Below are positions 50,578 to 64,000 of a stretch of DNA of 64,000 nucleotides, piece after piece (the first letter of the stretch is position 1; each line of letters starts with the position of its first letter). This DNA comes from Macrostomum lignano. Lineage: Eukaryota. The stretch spans positions 219,276 through 283,275 of the forward strand of contig NIVC01001203.1 of NCBI GenBank assembly GCA_002269645.1, written 5' to 3'. The notes under the pieces are model-generated. The model saw nothing but the letters and a program-made list of their open reading frames with translations, made no database searches and had not been told where the DNA came from. Made by a program: the position numbers and the translations under genes.

Positions 50578-51985
50578 TCTTAGCAGACCCCATCTCCCCT
50601 TTGTCATCTGCTGTTGATGGTAGCTTAGCAGACCCCATCTCCCCTCTGTCATCTGCTGTTGATGGTAGCTTAGCAGACCCCATCTCCCCTCTGTCATCTG
50701 CTGTTGATGGTAGCTTAGCAGACCCCCATCTCCCCTCTGTCATTTGCTGCTGATGGTAGCTTAGCAGACCCCATCTCCCCTTTGTCATCTGCTGTTGATG
50801 GTAGCTTAGCAGACCCCATCTCCCCTCTGTCATCTGCTGTTGATGGTAGCTTAGCAGACCCCATCTCCCCTCTGTCATCTGCTGTTGATGGTAGCTTAGC
50901 AGACCCCATCTCCCCTCTGTCATCTGCTGTTGATGGTAGCTTAGCAGACCCCATCTCCCCTCTGTCATCTGCTGTTGATGGTAGCTTAGCAGACCCCATC
51001 TCCCCTCTGTCATCTGCTGCTGATGGTAGCTTAGCAGACCCCATCTCCCCTCTGTCATCTGCTGTTGATGGTAGCTTAGCAGACCCCATCTCCCCTCTGT
51101 CATCTGCTGTTGATGGTAGCTTAGCAGACCCCATCTCCCCTCTGTCATCTGCTGCTGATGGTAGCTTAGCAGACCCCATCTCCCCTCTGTCATCTGCTGT
51201 TGATGGTAGCTTAGCAGACCCCATCTCCCCTTTGTCATCTGCTGTTGATGGTAGCTTAGCAGACCCCATCTCCCCTCTGTCATCTGCTGTTGATGGTAGC
51301 TTAGCAGACCCCATCTCCCCTCTGTCATCTGCTGTTGATGGTAGCTTAGCAGACCCCATCTCCCCTCTGTCATCTGCTGTTGATGGTAGCTTAGCAGACC
51401 CCATCTCCCCTCTGTCATCTGCTGTTGATGGTAGCTTAGCAGACCCCATCTCCCCTCTGTCATCTGCTGTTGATGGTAGCTTAGCAGACCCCATCTCCCC
51501 TCTGTCATCTGCTGTTGATGGTAGCTTAGCAGACCCCATCTCCCCTCTGTCATCTGCTGTTGATGGTAGCTTAGCAGACCCCATCTCCCCTCTGTCATCT
51601 GCTGTTGATGGTAGCTTAGCAGACCCCATCTCCCCTCTGTCATTGCTGCTGATGGTAGCTTAGCAGACCCCATCTCCCCTCTGTCATCTGCTGTTGATGG
51701 TAGCTTAGCAGACCCCATCTCCCCTCTGTCATCTGCTGTTGATGGTAGCTTAGCAGACCCCATCTCCCCTCTGTCATCTGCTGTTGATGGTAGCTTAGCA
51801 GACCCCATCTCCCCTCTGTCATCTGCTGTTGATGGTAGCTTAGCAGACCCCATCTCCCCTTTGTCATCTGCTGCTGATGGTAGCTTAGCAGACCCCATCT
51901 CCCCTCTGTCAATTGCTGCTGATGGTAGCTTAGCAGACCCCATCTCCCCTTTGTCATCTGCTGTTGATGGTAGCTTAGCATGGTA
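50578..51985. repeat. 45-bp minisatellite (TAGCTTAGCAGACCCCATCTCCCCTCTGTCATCTGCTGTTGATGG), about 31 copies
   Basis: Homogeneous tandem array. Confidence 0.97.
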
Positions 51986-51989
51986 GCTT

Positions 51990-52430
51990 AGGGTTTTGGC
52001 CTGAGGGCGACTCGAATATCCCGAGAAGGACGTTTCTGAGCCTGCAAGAGGAGCACGGAACTGCGACACGAGATTGCCGGCAGTTCTGGGTGCCCTCCCA
52101 TTCGTCCCTGTGAATGGGAATCAGCCCAGTCATCGATCTGACGATTGATGACCGTAGAAGGGATCAGGGACCAGGGGTTCAGGACCAAGGAAAAAGACAA
52201 CCTTTTCAGCGAGGGTGTCTGCCAGCTCTTTTTCAGGAAACCCTGCGTGCCCTGGGATCCACTTCAGCCCAACAGTATTGCTACTGGCCAGGAGGTTGAG
52301 CTGCCGGACGCAGTTGGCGACTGTCCGCCGGGAGTTCGTTGTGGTGTGGCAAAGGGCCTGTTGTAAAGCCGCTTGGCTGTCAGAGTGAATGACGATAGTC
52401 TTTCCTCTGTGTACCCTTGGCATTCAGCTC
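51990..52430 (-). mobile_element. Decayed RNase H-bearing non-LTR retrotransposon fragment
   Basis: IHSDSQAAL and LKWIPGHAG...ELADTLA RNase H motifs. Confidence 0.8.
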
Positions 52431-53055
52431 TGCGTTTAGCTAGGTCCGACAGGAATTCGACAAAGGAAATATGAGACCCAGGTACTTTAGCACCAGGGGC
52501 GCCAGCACCAGGAGCGCCAGCACCAGGGGCGCCAGCACCAGGGGCGCCAGCATCAGGGGCGCCAGCACCAGGGGCAGCAAGTACATTTGCCTGCCATTTT
52601 GAAGCAATGCCACCCTTAATTGCCCTCTCGATCTACATGTAGCTGTAATTACAGTGTATCTGCGTACTAACCGTTGCCATCTCTGCTTAACTTGCGAGTA
52701 AGCCTCAAACAAAATTGTGATGCTCTGATGGCAGCTCTAGTGCTTGATGAATAACGAAGCTCGTATCTTGCTTTGCTTGTTTATTTGGCTTTAGGACCAC
52801 ATTAATGTTAGCGGGGCTTGTAACAAGATTATGAAGCTAGGACACTTGTATATAGGAAGGGATGAGGGAGGCGGCATTTGGGCGCAGCGGCCATAGACTA
52901 TTGCACGAGCGTACGAGCGTATGTCAAAAATTTATTTGCTCCATTGTTTTATTATCTGTGGTCGTCTGCATTGAACTTTTAGCATGCCGCTTCATTCTTT
53001 GCGTGGGCCCGATTGTGAGATAAAAGTGCAAAAACTTGTTTCCACTCCCGTTGAC

Positions 53056-53112
53056 CAAGGAGTTCTATAATTAGCAACCCTTTAGAACCCTTTATAATTA
53101 TAGAACTCCTTG
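53056..53112. repeat. 18-bp perfect inverted repeat (CAAGGAGTTCTATAATTA) with a 21-nt spacer
   Basis: 53056-53073 versus 53095-53112. The same motif occurs near 48987, upstream of paralog A. Confidence 0.8.
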
Positions 53113-53308
53113 CGTTGACGCATATGCAACAGTTAATGCCATAGACTGTGGCGAGTTAGAAACAAAAAACAGGCTTCGATTTGAGAGGTTTAACTGCTCT
53201 CTATTCGAGAGCCCACACACAGAAACAAGAGTCGATATTTTGCCTTACCGCGAAGAAGCTCTAAAACTCAAATCAAGATCACAGATTCGTCGTCCGGATT
53301 AATACAAT

Positions 53309-53939
53309 ATGCCACTTAACGTCCTCAGACTTGGCGCTATATTGGCATCCTATTTTTTGCGTGTATTGGTAAGCTAATTTAATAGCATTCTGACAATTAT
53401 GAAAAAATGTGCATTGTTACATTTTATTGCATTTACATGTACATGTGTACACTTACTGGTGTAATTTGCTATTTATTAATTTGTCTTTTACAGCCGTGAC
53501 CAACAGTATAAAGTGCTATGAATACGACGCTGAGAAGGATGGGACCCCTGAAGCTTTTGACTGCAATGAAGCACTAAAAAAAATAAAAGGTGTAGCAAAG
53601 CTTGAGAAGCATGAAGAAATAAAACACTGTAAGCGAATGCACGGCTATAAAGATGGCAAATATTTCGTGAGTCAGCTACATGCTTCTGAGTCTGACAGTT
53701 TTCCTGAACACTTAGTACAGTACTGTAGACTGTTATTTACCTCATTTTTACAGGCTGGTGGATTTTGTGGAGATTGTAGTTTTAACGTACCTCTTCCTGT
53801 CAAGTCTTTCTCGATCACGTGCAGCGCGTGCACTTCTGAAAAGTGCAACTCGGCCAGCAGAAAAGGCAGCCTCTCGACTGCAGCCGCCACCAGTTTAGCT
53901 GCCTGCCTACTCTGGCTGCTCAACTGCTCTGCTTTCTGA
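53309..53939 (+). pseudogene. Ly6/three-finger paralog B (exons 53309-53368, 53494-53666, 53754-53939); exon 1 is out of frame as assembled
   Basis: Same exon structure, Cys pattern, GPI tail and 3' UTR as paralog A. Exon 1 is 60 nt instead of 58 (GCTATATTGGC), so splicing gives CCG TGA. Confidence 0.75.
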
Positions 53940-54317
53940 ATTTCCAGCTGGATAAATAAAAAATTACTATAACTTTTAAATGCAGAATCCACCGAAAAAA
54001 ACAAACACCAACGAATGATAGTCTTTGGTTCAATAAAAAACACTGGCAAGATACTACTTTCCGTTTCAGAATGCCGATAACTCCACCTCGGAAATAAACG
54101 CTTTATTTAGTACGAATTTATCGCGTAACTTTTTCAGCTACACACAAAAAAGAAAATATTTTGTCTTATTTCTTTCATTTATAAGTTTTAAACGAATTCG
54201 CTAAAATGCTGGAAGTACATGTATACTGGATTAAGATGATCTATAGTTTTGAGAGAGCGAGGTTTGTTACTCTTGGCTGGACCTACTAGTCATGCACCTA
54301 ATGACACCTGAGTTTTT

Positions 54318-54865
54318 ATTACCTGCGGCGCCAAAATGAGTGCCTGCCTGCGGCGCCAAAATGACTTTTTATTGCCTGCGGCGCCAAAATGACTTTTTAT
54401 TGCCTGCGGCGCCAAAATGAGTGCCTGCGGCGCCAAAATGAGTTTTTATTACCTGCGGCGCCAAAATGAGTTTTTATTGCCTGCGGCGCCAAAATGAGTG
54501 CCTGCGGCGCCAAAATGAGTGCCTGCCTTCGGTGCCAAAATGAGTTTTTATTGCCTGCGGCGCCAAAATGAGTGCCTGCCTTCGGTGCCAAAATGAGTTT
54601 TTATTGCCTGCGGCGCCAAAATGAGTGCCTGCGGCGCCAAAATGAGTGCCTGCCTGCGGCGCCAAAATGAGTGTCTGCGGCGCCAAAATGAGTGCCTGCC
54701 TGCGGCGCCAAAATGACTTTTTATTGCCTGCGGCGCCAAAATGAGTGTCTGCGGCGCCAAAATGAGTGTCTGCGGCGCCAAAATGAGTGCCTGACTGCGT
54801 CGCCAAAATGAGTGCCTGCCTTCGGCGCCAAAATGAGTGCCTGCCTTCGGCGCCAAAATGAATGC
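54318..54865. repeat. Variable 21-28-bp minisatellite built on GCCTGCGGCGCCAAAATGA
   Basis: Visible tandem copies. Confidence 0.93.
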
Positions 54866-57338
54866 CAATTTCTGCATTGGCTGGGATCATTGAAGAATTT
54901 AAAATAATTATAATTGTTGCTTTTGTGTAGTAATTCTAACCTTAATTGCTGTATAATTTGTCCAGCCCATGTTCAATTAATACAGAATGCTTTGCAATTA
55001 GCCTCAATGTGAGTGTCACAGCACTGAGAATCAGCACTGAAGCACAGTAATTAACGAGCACACGTTTTCTCTGTTAAGATAGATGCGTTGCAGTTAGCGT
55101 GCTATTGCCAATTACTAAATCCATTCTATTTTAATATAGGCGAATCCGGGGTGTATTCCCCTTCTAGAATATTCTAGAATGCTTCCTTATTTCGTACAGC
55201 TCGGCAAGCATATTTTCACCCAACGGTTTTCCAACCAGCTTCCGTTGGAACACCGTTGGATCAACGTACCCTTTTCCACTGGGTAATTATTGCCATAGAC
55301 ACTAGACAAATGGGGAATATGATACGTATCCGTAGTGAAGACACTAGCTTGTTGATGTTGTGACACTAAAGTACAAAAGTTTTTGTTACGAGTTTTACGA
55401 ATTCATGCAGCAAGTCGGACTACAATTATCGGCTTTATGCTTTTATAAATGTTTAAGCATGTATATTGGAGGTAGTGGTCACCCGGGATTTGATTGAAGG
55501 ACAAAGCACTGAGTTTATGCAACTCGTAATGTAATTTAAATTACAAATGCAATAATATAAATTGCACATCAAGCGAGTGTACCGGTACCGTTAAATGTAT
55601 GATTGCAGTCCTTATTGGCTAAATGTCCCAAGAGCGAGTGCATGTGGCTTTATTTGTGGCGTTTGTACTTTTTATTATTTGCTCCATAATTGTTATTTCT
55701 CGATATGGATCGCACCTTGTGTAATCCTCGTGCCCGTTTAAGAAAATATGCACTGTGTATGATCGAGTAATTGGTTAATTGGCAAAAATGGAGACGATCG
55801 ACAAAAAAATAGAAAATTAAAAAGTTTGCAATTTTATATTAATCTATTCTCAAAGTTGCAGAGTGGCAGAGTTGCAAAGTTGCAAATTCTCAAAGCATGT
55901 GGTCCCGCCATGATATTATATTTACATGTACATGCAGTTTTACATATATATGTACCTTACTACCGCATAATTAAGCTATGCGAAGATATTATTTTAAGAG
56001 CCGATTTCTTATTAAGCACTTTGTTCAAGCATGCTAATGCTGCTGAATATCCTATCGTGTATAGAAATAAGAATAAAGAGATTTGTTCAGGCTTCAAGTA
56101 ATTCAGAGATGATAGCGGCAGTTTAGTGCAATTAATTTACTCATATCAGGATGATATGCACAAATGTACTATATATCCACGGTGATAAAAAAAAGAAAAA
56201 CGCGTTATAACAAACTTAAATACTTTAAACTCAATTGTTTGTTTTCAGTCACTAGTTTGTGTTCTGTTAATCTCTTTTGTTTCAAATAACCTGTATCTAA
56301 AAGCTTCTAGCTTCAAGTTGAAATCACACAATTTTGTCTCCACGGTTGCAAGAGACTGAAGGGAAAATTCGACTTTAGCATGCAGGCAATTTTTAGAGTG
56401 AATTCTCATCCTTTCAGATTAAAAAAAGTCAAAACAAAAAACGAACATTCAGTAAAGCACTAAGAAAACTAAAGAATTGCTAAAAATGAAGAAAAACTTG
56501 TCGTGGTCGCTATACCGCTAAGTCTTTTTGGCCAGTGCTGATCATGTTGTATCATCATATGTTGCAGTAGCTCTGTAGCTGATAATATATTATCAAATAA
56601 TTATCAATATAATTAAGACACAATTTTAAAATAAACATAATTAGTAAGAGATAACAATATTACTTATGAATATTGTCCTATTTTTTCTTTCTGCCCGTGT
56701 TTTTGACATTTAGATATGTCATTTATAAATTGAAGACAATATGACATTAGGTTCACATTTAAAAAAAAATTGAGCTTGTACTTTTGGTAAAGTTTTTGTA
56801 TTTTTCTACAACTTATACAAACAACAAAAACACAATTTGTACAAATTTAGAAACCTTTTTGACTGAATAACTCTTATTTTGTAACTAATGTTTGTGTTTC
56901 TAGTTGATGTAATATAGGCCTACTGCATAAACATAAATGGGTTTTTTGTAATTTATACATTGCTTTTGTCAGTGTTTTGCTAGTTGAAAAAGAGTTTAAT
57001 AAATTTACCTAGTGATTACAATTTAAGCAATTTAGACACCTGCAACTTACAATATGAAATGAAAAGATAAGGAGTAGATTTTTTGCAGCCATAAAAATAG
57101 CACAGCAACTTAAAAAATCACTGCATGAAAATGTTTTTATAATTGTTTTTTTAACATAATAAAGACAGGTAGCATTAGATATGTAATAAAATTTATTGAA
57201 AAAAATATTACTCTTAAATAGGCACTATGCAAAAAAGTGTTTTCTGCATCTGCATCTGCAAATTAAAATTCAATTGAATATATACAAATTCAACTCAAAC
57301 CATCCTGCAGCTCACCGATTGAGACCTTCGCCGTTGCC

Positions 57339-60300
57339 ATGGAGATCCAATATGTTTACACAAAGAAGCGAGCCGAGTTCGGCCGCCAGTGCATCTTCAG
57401 CGATCGCCCAGCGGAGCTGCTGGTGGACATCGCGCCAAACCCGGACGCCTTGAAGGAGTTCGTCGAGCGCGACCCGGTTGACCGCGGCGTCCAAGTCGTC
57501 CAGGAGATGAGCGAGCACGACGTCAACACCGAGCGGTTCGAGACTGACTCGCACGGTCTGAACCACGCCGAAGGCGGCTGGCCGAAGGACGTCAACGCGC
57601 AGGAGGTCGAGCAGGTCATTCGGTTTCGCAAGAAGGTCGAAAAAGACGAGATGTACATCAGCACTGTGCAGACTCTCGGCGGCCAGATGGAGCACTGCAT
57701 CAAGCAGAACAATGCCATCGACATCTACCAGGACTACTTCAGCGACGTAGAGATTCAGGCCTCCGAGGAGCCTCCGTCCGCCAAGACCATCAACGTGTTC
57801 AAGGACCCCTACAAGGACCGCGGCGTTGCCCACATCAGCTGGTACCCGGACGGGCCAACAAAGCTGGCCATCGCCTACTGCAACACCGACTTTCAACGGG
57901 CGCCGAAGGACACCTCCACCGAGTCCTACGTGTGGGACGTCATCAACCCGAACTCACCGGAGATGACGCTCAAGCCCGTGTCGCCGCTGGTTTGCCTCGA
58001 GTACAATCCGAAAGACGCGCACATCCTGGTTGGCGGATGCTACAACGGCCAGGTGGCTTACTGGGACTGTCGGAAGGGCTCGCAACCGATTGAAACCAGC
58101 GAAGTGTCCACTGGGCATCGGGACCCGGTTTGGAAGGTGATCTGGAATCAGAGCAAAACTGGCACCGAGTGCTTCTCCGTGTCCACGGATGGGCAGGTGA
58201 GTGGCAGTCAAATACTCTAAAGACTTGACCTTCAATTGTTAGGCGCATATTCTTCTCTTTTTAGAGAAGAATAATCTCTTTTTCTTATCTCACAAATAGG
58301 TAGAGGAGTGAAGGAAGAGGGGAGAAGGAAGAGGGGGGAAGGAAGAGGGGGAAGGAAATGGGGTGAAGGATGAGGGGAGAGAAGGAAGAGGGGTGAAGGA
58401 AGAAGGAAGAGATTGGACAGGAAAGAGAGGGAGACGGAAGAGAAGAAGAGCGAGAGGAGAGAGGGAAGAGAGGGAGACGGAAGAGAAGAAGAGCGAGAGG
58501 AGAGAGAGAAGAGAGGGAGACGAAAGAGAAGAAGAGCGAGAGGAGAGAGAGAAGAGAGGGAGACGGAAGAGAAGAAGAGCGAGAGGAGAGAGAGAAGAGA
58601 GGGAGACGAAAGAGAAGAAGAGCGAGAGGAGAGAGAGAAGAGAGGGAGACGGAAGAGAAGAAGAGCGAGAGGAGAGAGAGAAGAGAGGGAGACGAAAGAG
58701 AAGAAGAGCGAGAGGAGAGAGGGAAGAGAGGGAGACGGAAGAGAAGAAGAGCGAGAGGAGAGAGAGAAGAGAGGGAGACGGAAGAGAAGAAGAGCGAGAG
58801 GAGAGAGGGAAGAGAGGGAGACGGAAGAGAAGAAGAGCGAGAGGAGAGAGGGAAGAGAGGGAGACGAAAGAGAAGAAGAGCGAGAGGAGAGAGGGAAGAG
58901 ATGGAGACGGAAGAGAAGAAGAGCGAGAGGAGAGAGGGAAGAGAAGAGTGAACAGGAAAGAGACGGAAACCTTGAGAGCGCCCGATTAATATTGTGAAAT
59001 TTCAAAGGACCGGAGGGCCGAATCGTACATAAACGTGCCACCAAAAATCAACTGAACCGCCGCAACACCTCAGGTGCTCTGGTGGGACATCCGGAAGTTC
59101 GCGGAGCCCATCGAGAAACTCTACCTGGATGCAACAAAGAAGCAGGACGCCTCTCAGGCGCAGGGCGCCTACGTGCTGGAGTACGAGCCCACAATTCCAA
59201 CAAAGTTCATGGCCGGCTCTGAGCAGGGTGCGATCTTCTCCTGCAACAGGAAGGGCAAAACAGACGCTGATAAGATTGTGGCCGTCTATCCGGGACACAT
59301 CGGGCCAGTGTATGCGCTGCAGAGGAACCCGCAGTTCCCCAAGGTTTGCTGACGGGATTTGTTTTTGCGTTCAATATTGTCCTCCATCAAATCCGCCTGT
59401 CATCGCTTTTGGGCTGTCAGAGAAGCCTCAATTAGGGTGTCAGATGAGCCACAGTTTGGGTGTCAGATGAGCCACAGTTTGGGTGTCAGATGAGCCTCAA
59501 TTTGGGTGTCAGATGAGCCACAATTTGGGTGTCAGATGAGCCACAGTTTGGGTGTCAGATGAGCCTCAATTTGGGTGTCAGATGAGCCACAATTTGGGTG
59601 TCAGATGAGCCACAATTGGGGTGTCAGATAAGCCTCAATTTGAGTGTCAGATGAGCCACAATTGGGGTGTCAGATAAGCCTCAATTTGGGTGTCAGATGA
59701 GCCTCAATTTGGGTGTCAGATGAGTCTCAATTTGGGTGTCAGATGAGTCTCCATTTGGGTGTCAGATAAGCCTCAATTCGGGTGTCAGCTGAGCCACAAT
59801 TTGGGTGTCAGCTGAGTCTCAATTTGGGTGTCAGATGAGTCTCCATTTGGGTGTCAGATAAGCCACAATTTGGGTGTCAGATGAGTCTCAATTTGGGTGT
59901 CAGATGAGTCTCAATTTGGGTGTCAGATGAGCCTCAATTAGGGTGTCAGATGAGCCACAGTTTGGGTGTCAGATGAGCCTCAATTTGGGTGTCAGATGAG
60001 CCTCAATTTGAGTGTCAGATGAGCCACAATTTGGGTGTCAGATGAGCCTCAATTTGGGTGTCAGATGAGCCACAATTGGGGTGTCAGATAAGCCTCAATT
60101 TGGGTGTCAGATGAGCCTCAATTTGGGTGTCAGATGAGTCTCAATTTGGGTGTCAGATGAGTCTCAATTTGGGTGTCAGATGAGTCTCAATTTGGGTGTC
60201 AGATGAGCCTCAATTTGGGTGTCAGATGAGTCTCAATTTGGGTGTCAGCTGAGCCACAATTTGGGTGTCAGCTGAGTCTCAATTTGGGTGTCAGATGAGT

Positions 60301-62166
60301 CTCCATTTGGGTGTCAGATGAGCCTCAATTTGGGTGTCAGATGAGCCTCAATTAGGGTGTCAGATGAGCCACAGTTTGGGTGTCAGATGAGCCTCAATTT
60401 GGGTGTCAGATGAGCCTCAATTTGGGTGTCAGATGAGTCTCAATTTGGGTGTCAGCTGAGCCACAATTTGGGTGTCAGCTGAGTCTCAATTTGGGTGTCA
60501 GATGAGTCTCCATTTGGGTGTCAGATGAGCCTCAATTTGGGTGTCAGATGAGCCTCAATTAGGGTGTCAGATGAGCCACAGTTTGGGTGTCAGATGAGCC
60601 ACAATTTGGGTGTCAGATGAGCCTCAATTTGGGTGTCAGATGAGCCTCAATTTGGGTGTCAGATGAGCCACAGTTTGGGTGTCAGATGAGCCTCAATTTG
60701 GGTATCAGATGAGCCTCAATTTGGGTGTCAGATGAGCCTCAATTTGAGTGTCAGATGAGCCACAATTTGGGTGTCAGCTGAGTCTCAATTTGGGTGTCAG
60801 ATGAGCCACAGTTTGGGTGTCAGATAAGCCTCAATTTGGGTGTCAGATAAGCCACAATTTGGGTGTCAGATGAGCCACAGTTTGGGAATAAGATGAGTCA
60901 CAATTTGGGTGTCAGACAAGCAACACTTGGGGTGTCAAATAGATCACAATTCGGGTGTCAGATAAGCCTCAATTCGGGTGTCAGATAAGCCACAATTCGG
61001 GTGTCAGATAAGCCTCAATTCGGGTGTCAGATAAGCCTCAATTCGGGTGTCAGATAAGCCTCAATTCGGGTGTCAGATAAGCCTCAATTCGGGTGTCAGA
61101 TGAGCCTCAATTCGGGTGTCAGATGAGCCTCAATTTGAGTATCAGATGAGCCTCAATTCGGGTGTCAGATAAGCCTCAATTCGGGTGTCAGATGAGCCTC
61201 AATTCGGGTGTCAGATGAGCCTCAATTTGAGTATCAGATGAGCCTCAATTCGGGTGTCAGATGAGCCTCAATTCGGGTGTCAGATAAGCCTCAATTCGGG
61301 TGTCAGATAAGCCTCAATTCGGGTGTCAGATAAGCCTCAATTCGGGTGTCAGATGAGCCTCAATTCGGGTGTCAGATGAGCCTCAATTTGAGTATCAGAT
61401 GAGCCTCAATTCGGGTGTCAGATGAGCCTCAATTCGGGTGTCAGATAAGCCTCAATTCGGGTGTCAGATAAGCCTCAATTCGGGTGTCAGATAAGCCTCA
61501 ATTCGGGTGTCATATGAGCCTCAATTCGGGTGTCATATGAGCCTCAATTCGGGTGTCAGATGAGCCTCAATTTGAGTATCAGATGAGCCTCAATTTTGGT
61601 GTCAAATGAGCCACAACTTGGGTGTCAGAGAAGCCACAGTTGAGACTTTCATATTCTCTGTTTCATGTAAATTTCGTGTCATTTTTATGGCATTGTCAAC
61701 TGGCACAATTTCATGTCAGATCTTCATGTCAGTGGGCGACTGGACTACCCGGATCTGGTCGGAGGACATCAAGGAGAACGCCATCATGTGGACCAAGTAT
61801 CACCAGAGCGGCCTCACCGACGGCTGCTGGTCCACCGTGCGGCCAGCCGTGTTCTTCACCTCCAAGACAGACGGCACCCTGGATGTCTGGGACCTGCTGT
61901 TCAAGCAGAACGACCCGACCCTCACTGTGCAGGTGAGCGATGAGCCGCTGCAGAGCCTCCGTCTGCAGGAGCACGGCCGGCTCATGGCCTGCGGCAGCCA
62001 GGGCGGAGTCGCCACCATTGTCGAGCTGTCCGAAGGCTTCTACGCGCAGAACCGCAACGAGCGCAACCTGGTGAACACCATCTTCGAGAGAGAGACTCGA
62101 CGGGAGAAGATTCTGGAGGCGAGGCACAGGGAGATGAAGCTCAAAGAGAAGAAGGGCGGAGGTGGA
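57339..62166 (+). CDS. DNAI2: Axonemal dynein intermediate chain 2 (WD40), 3'-incomplete. Exons 57339-58196, 59074-59343, 61720-62166
   Basis: [18 protein letters not shown]...EGGWPKDVN...[10 protein letters not shown]...[25 protein letters not shown] and [12 protein letters not shown] match DNAI2/ODA6. Phase-0 GT-AG introns; donor GTAAGT at 62167. Confidence 0.95.
58300..58960 (+). repeat. ~42-bp GA-rich minisatellite in DNAI2 intron 1
   Basis: GAAGAGAGGGAGACG(G/A)AAGAGAAGAAGAGCGAGAGGAGAGAG repeats. Confidence 0.93.
59420..61640 (+). repeat. 23-bp minisatellite (GAGCCTCAATTTGGGTGTCAGAT), roughly 95 copies, in DNAI2 intron 2
   Basis: Tandem array with a variant gradient (TTT to TTC, GAT to GATA) towards the 3' end. 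Confidence 0.97.
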
Positions 62167-62344
62167 GTAAGTTGAAATCTGAAATACTCTGATATGCTTA
62201 TGATTTATTAATCGTGTTTAAAGGCCTAGTTGTCAACTTCAGTCATTTTTGGTCTTAATTGGTCTGTTTTTTTCGTTTTGCCAACGGGGTGCCCTCGGTA
62301 GCGTATTGTATATGTACACTTCACATGTACAGCCTCTTCTACTG

Positions 62345-62535
62345 CTGCCTTTCTCTCGTTTCTTCTTTCTTCTTTCTTTCTTCTTTCTCTCTCTCTCCTT
62401 TCCCCCTCTTTCCTTTCCCTCTCTTTCCTTTCCTATTTCCCTTTCTCTCTCCTTTCCCTCTCTCTCCTTTCCCTCTCTCTCCTTTCCCTCTCTCTCCTTT
62501 CCCTCTCTCTCCTTTTCCCTCTCTCCTTTTCCCCA
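62345..62535 (+). repeat. CT-rich low-complexity tract
   Basis: Visible TTTCCCTCTCTCTCC-like repeats. Confidence 0.9.
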
Positions 62536-62568
62536 CTCACTACCCTCGTCTCTCACTCAGTCACCTAC

Positions 62569-64000
<1,432 letters not shown>

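Noticed and set aside
54900-57300. Possible genes or transposable elements in the AT-rich stretch upstream of DNAI2
   Set aside because: Only short ORFs without motifs and scattered CCATAGAC or palindromic words; nothing supportable.
57312-57896. Minus-strand ORFs over DNAI2 exons
   Set aside because: Shadows of GC3-rich coding sequence.

Overview
Eukaryotic (invertebrate animal) genomic DNA. The style (minisatellite-filled introns, polyQ/polyA proteins, Polintons) fits a flatworm such as Macrostomum, but that is not proven. Host genes: a complete 8-exon epsin (396-7344), a 2-exon SAMD1-like WH+SAM protein (13380-15374), two tandem Ly6/three-finger-type GPI proteins (49115-49747 and 53309-53939, the second frameshifted as assembled) and the first three exons of axonemal dynein intermediate chain DNAI2 (57339-62166). 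The centre is a nested stack of mobile elements. A tRNA/CORE-type SINE is split by a 31.4-kb Polinton/Maverick (adintovirus-like) element at 16879-48312 (AGTAG...CTACT ends, 6-bp TSD TGCGGC). That element carries an intact BEL/Pao LTR retrotransposon in its left inverted repeat and a Ty3/Gypsy element in its major capsid gene. Most striking observations: (1) the Gypsy polyprotein has a cold-shock domain between its zinc knuckle and protease; (2) the Polinton looks composite, with two diverged 'left ends' enclosing about 1.9 kb of host-like DNA that includes a spliced orphan ORF; (3) several intronic minisatellites are built from copies of the neighbouring splice junction; (4) a 53-bp hairpin with G.U pairs lies just after epsin. 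All calls come from manual reading and motif recognition; no searches were run.
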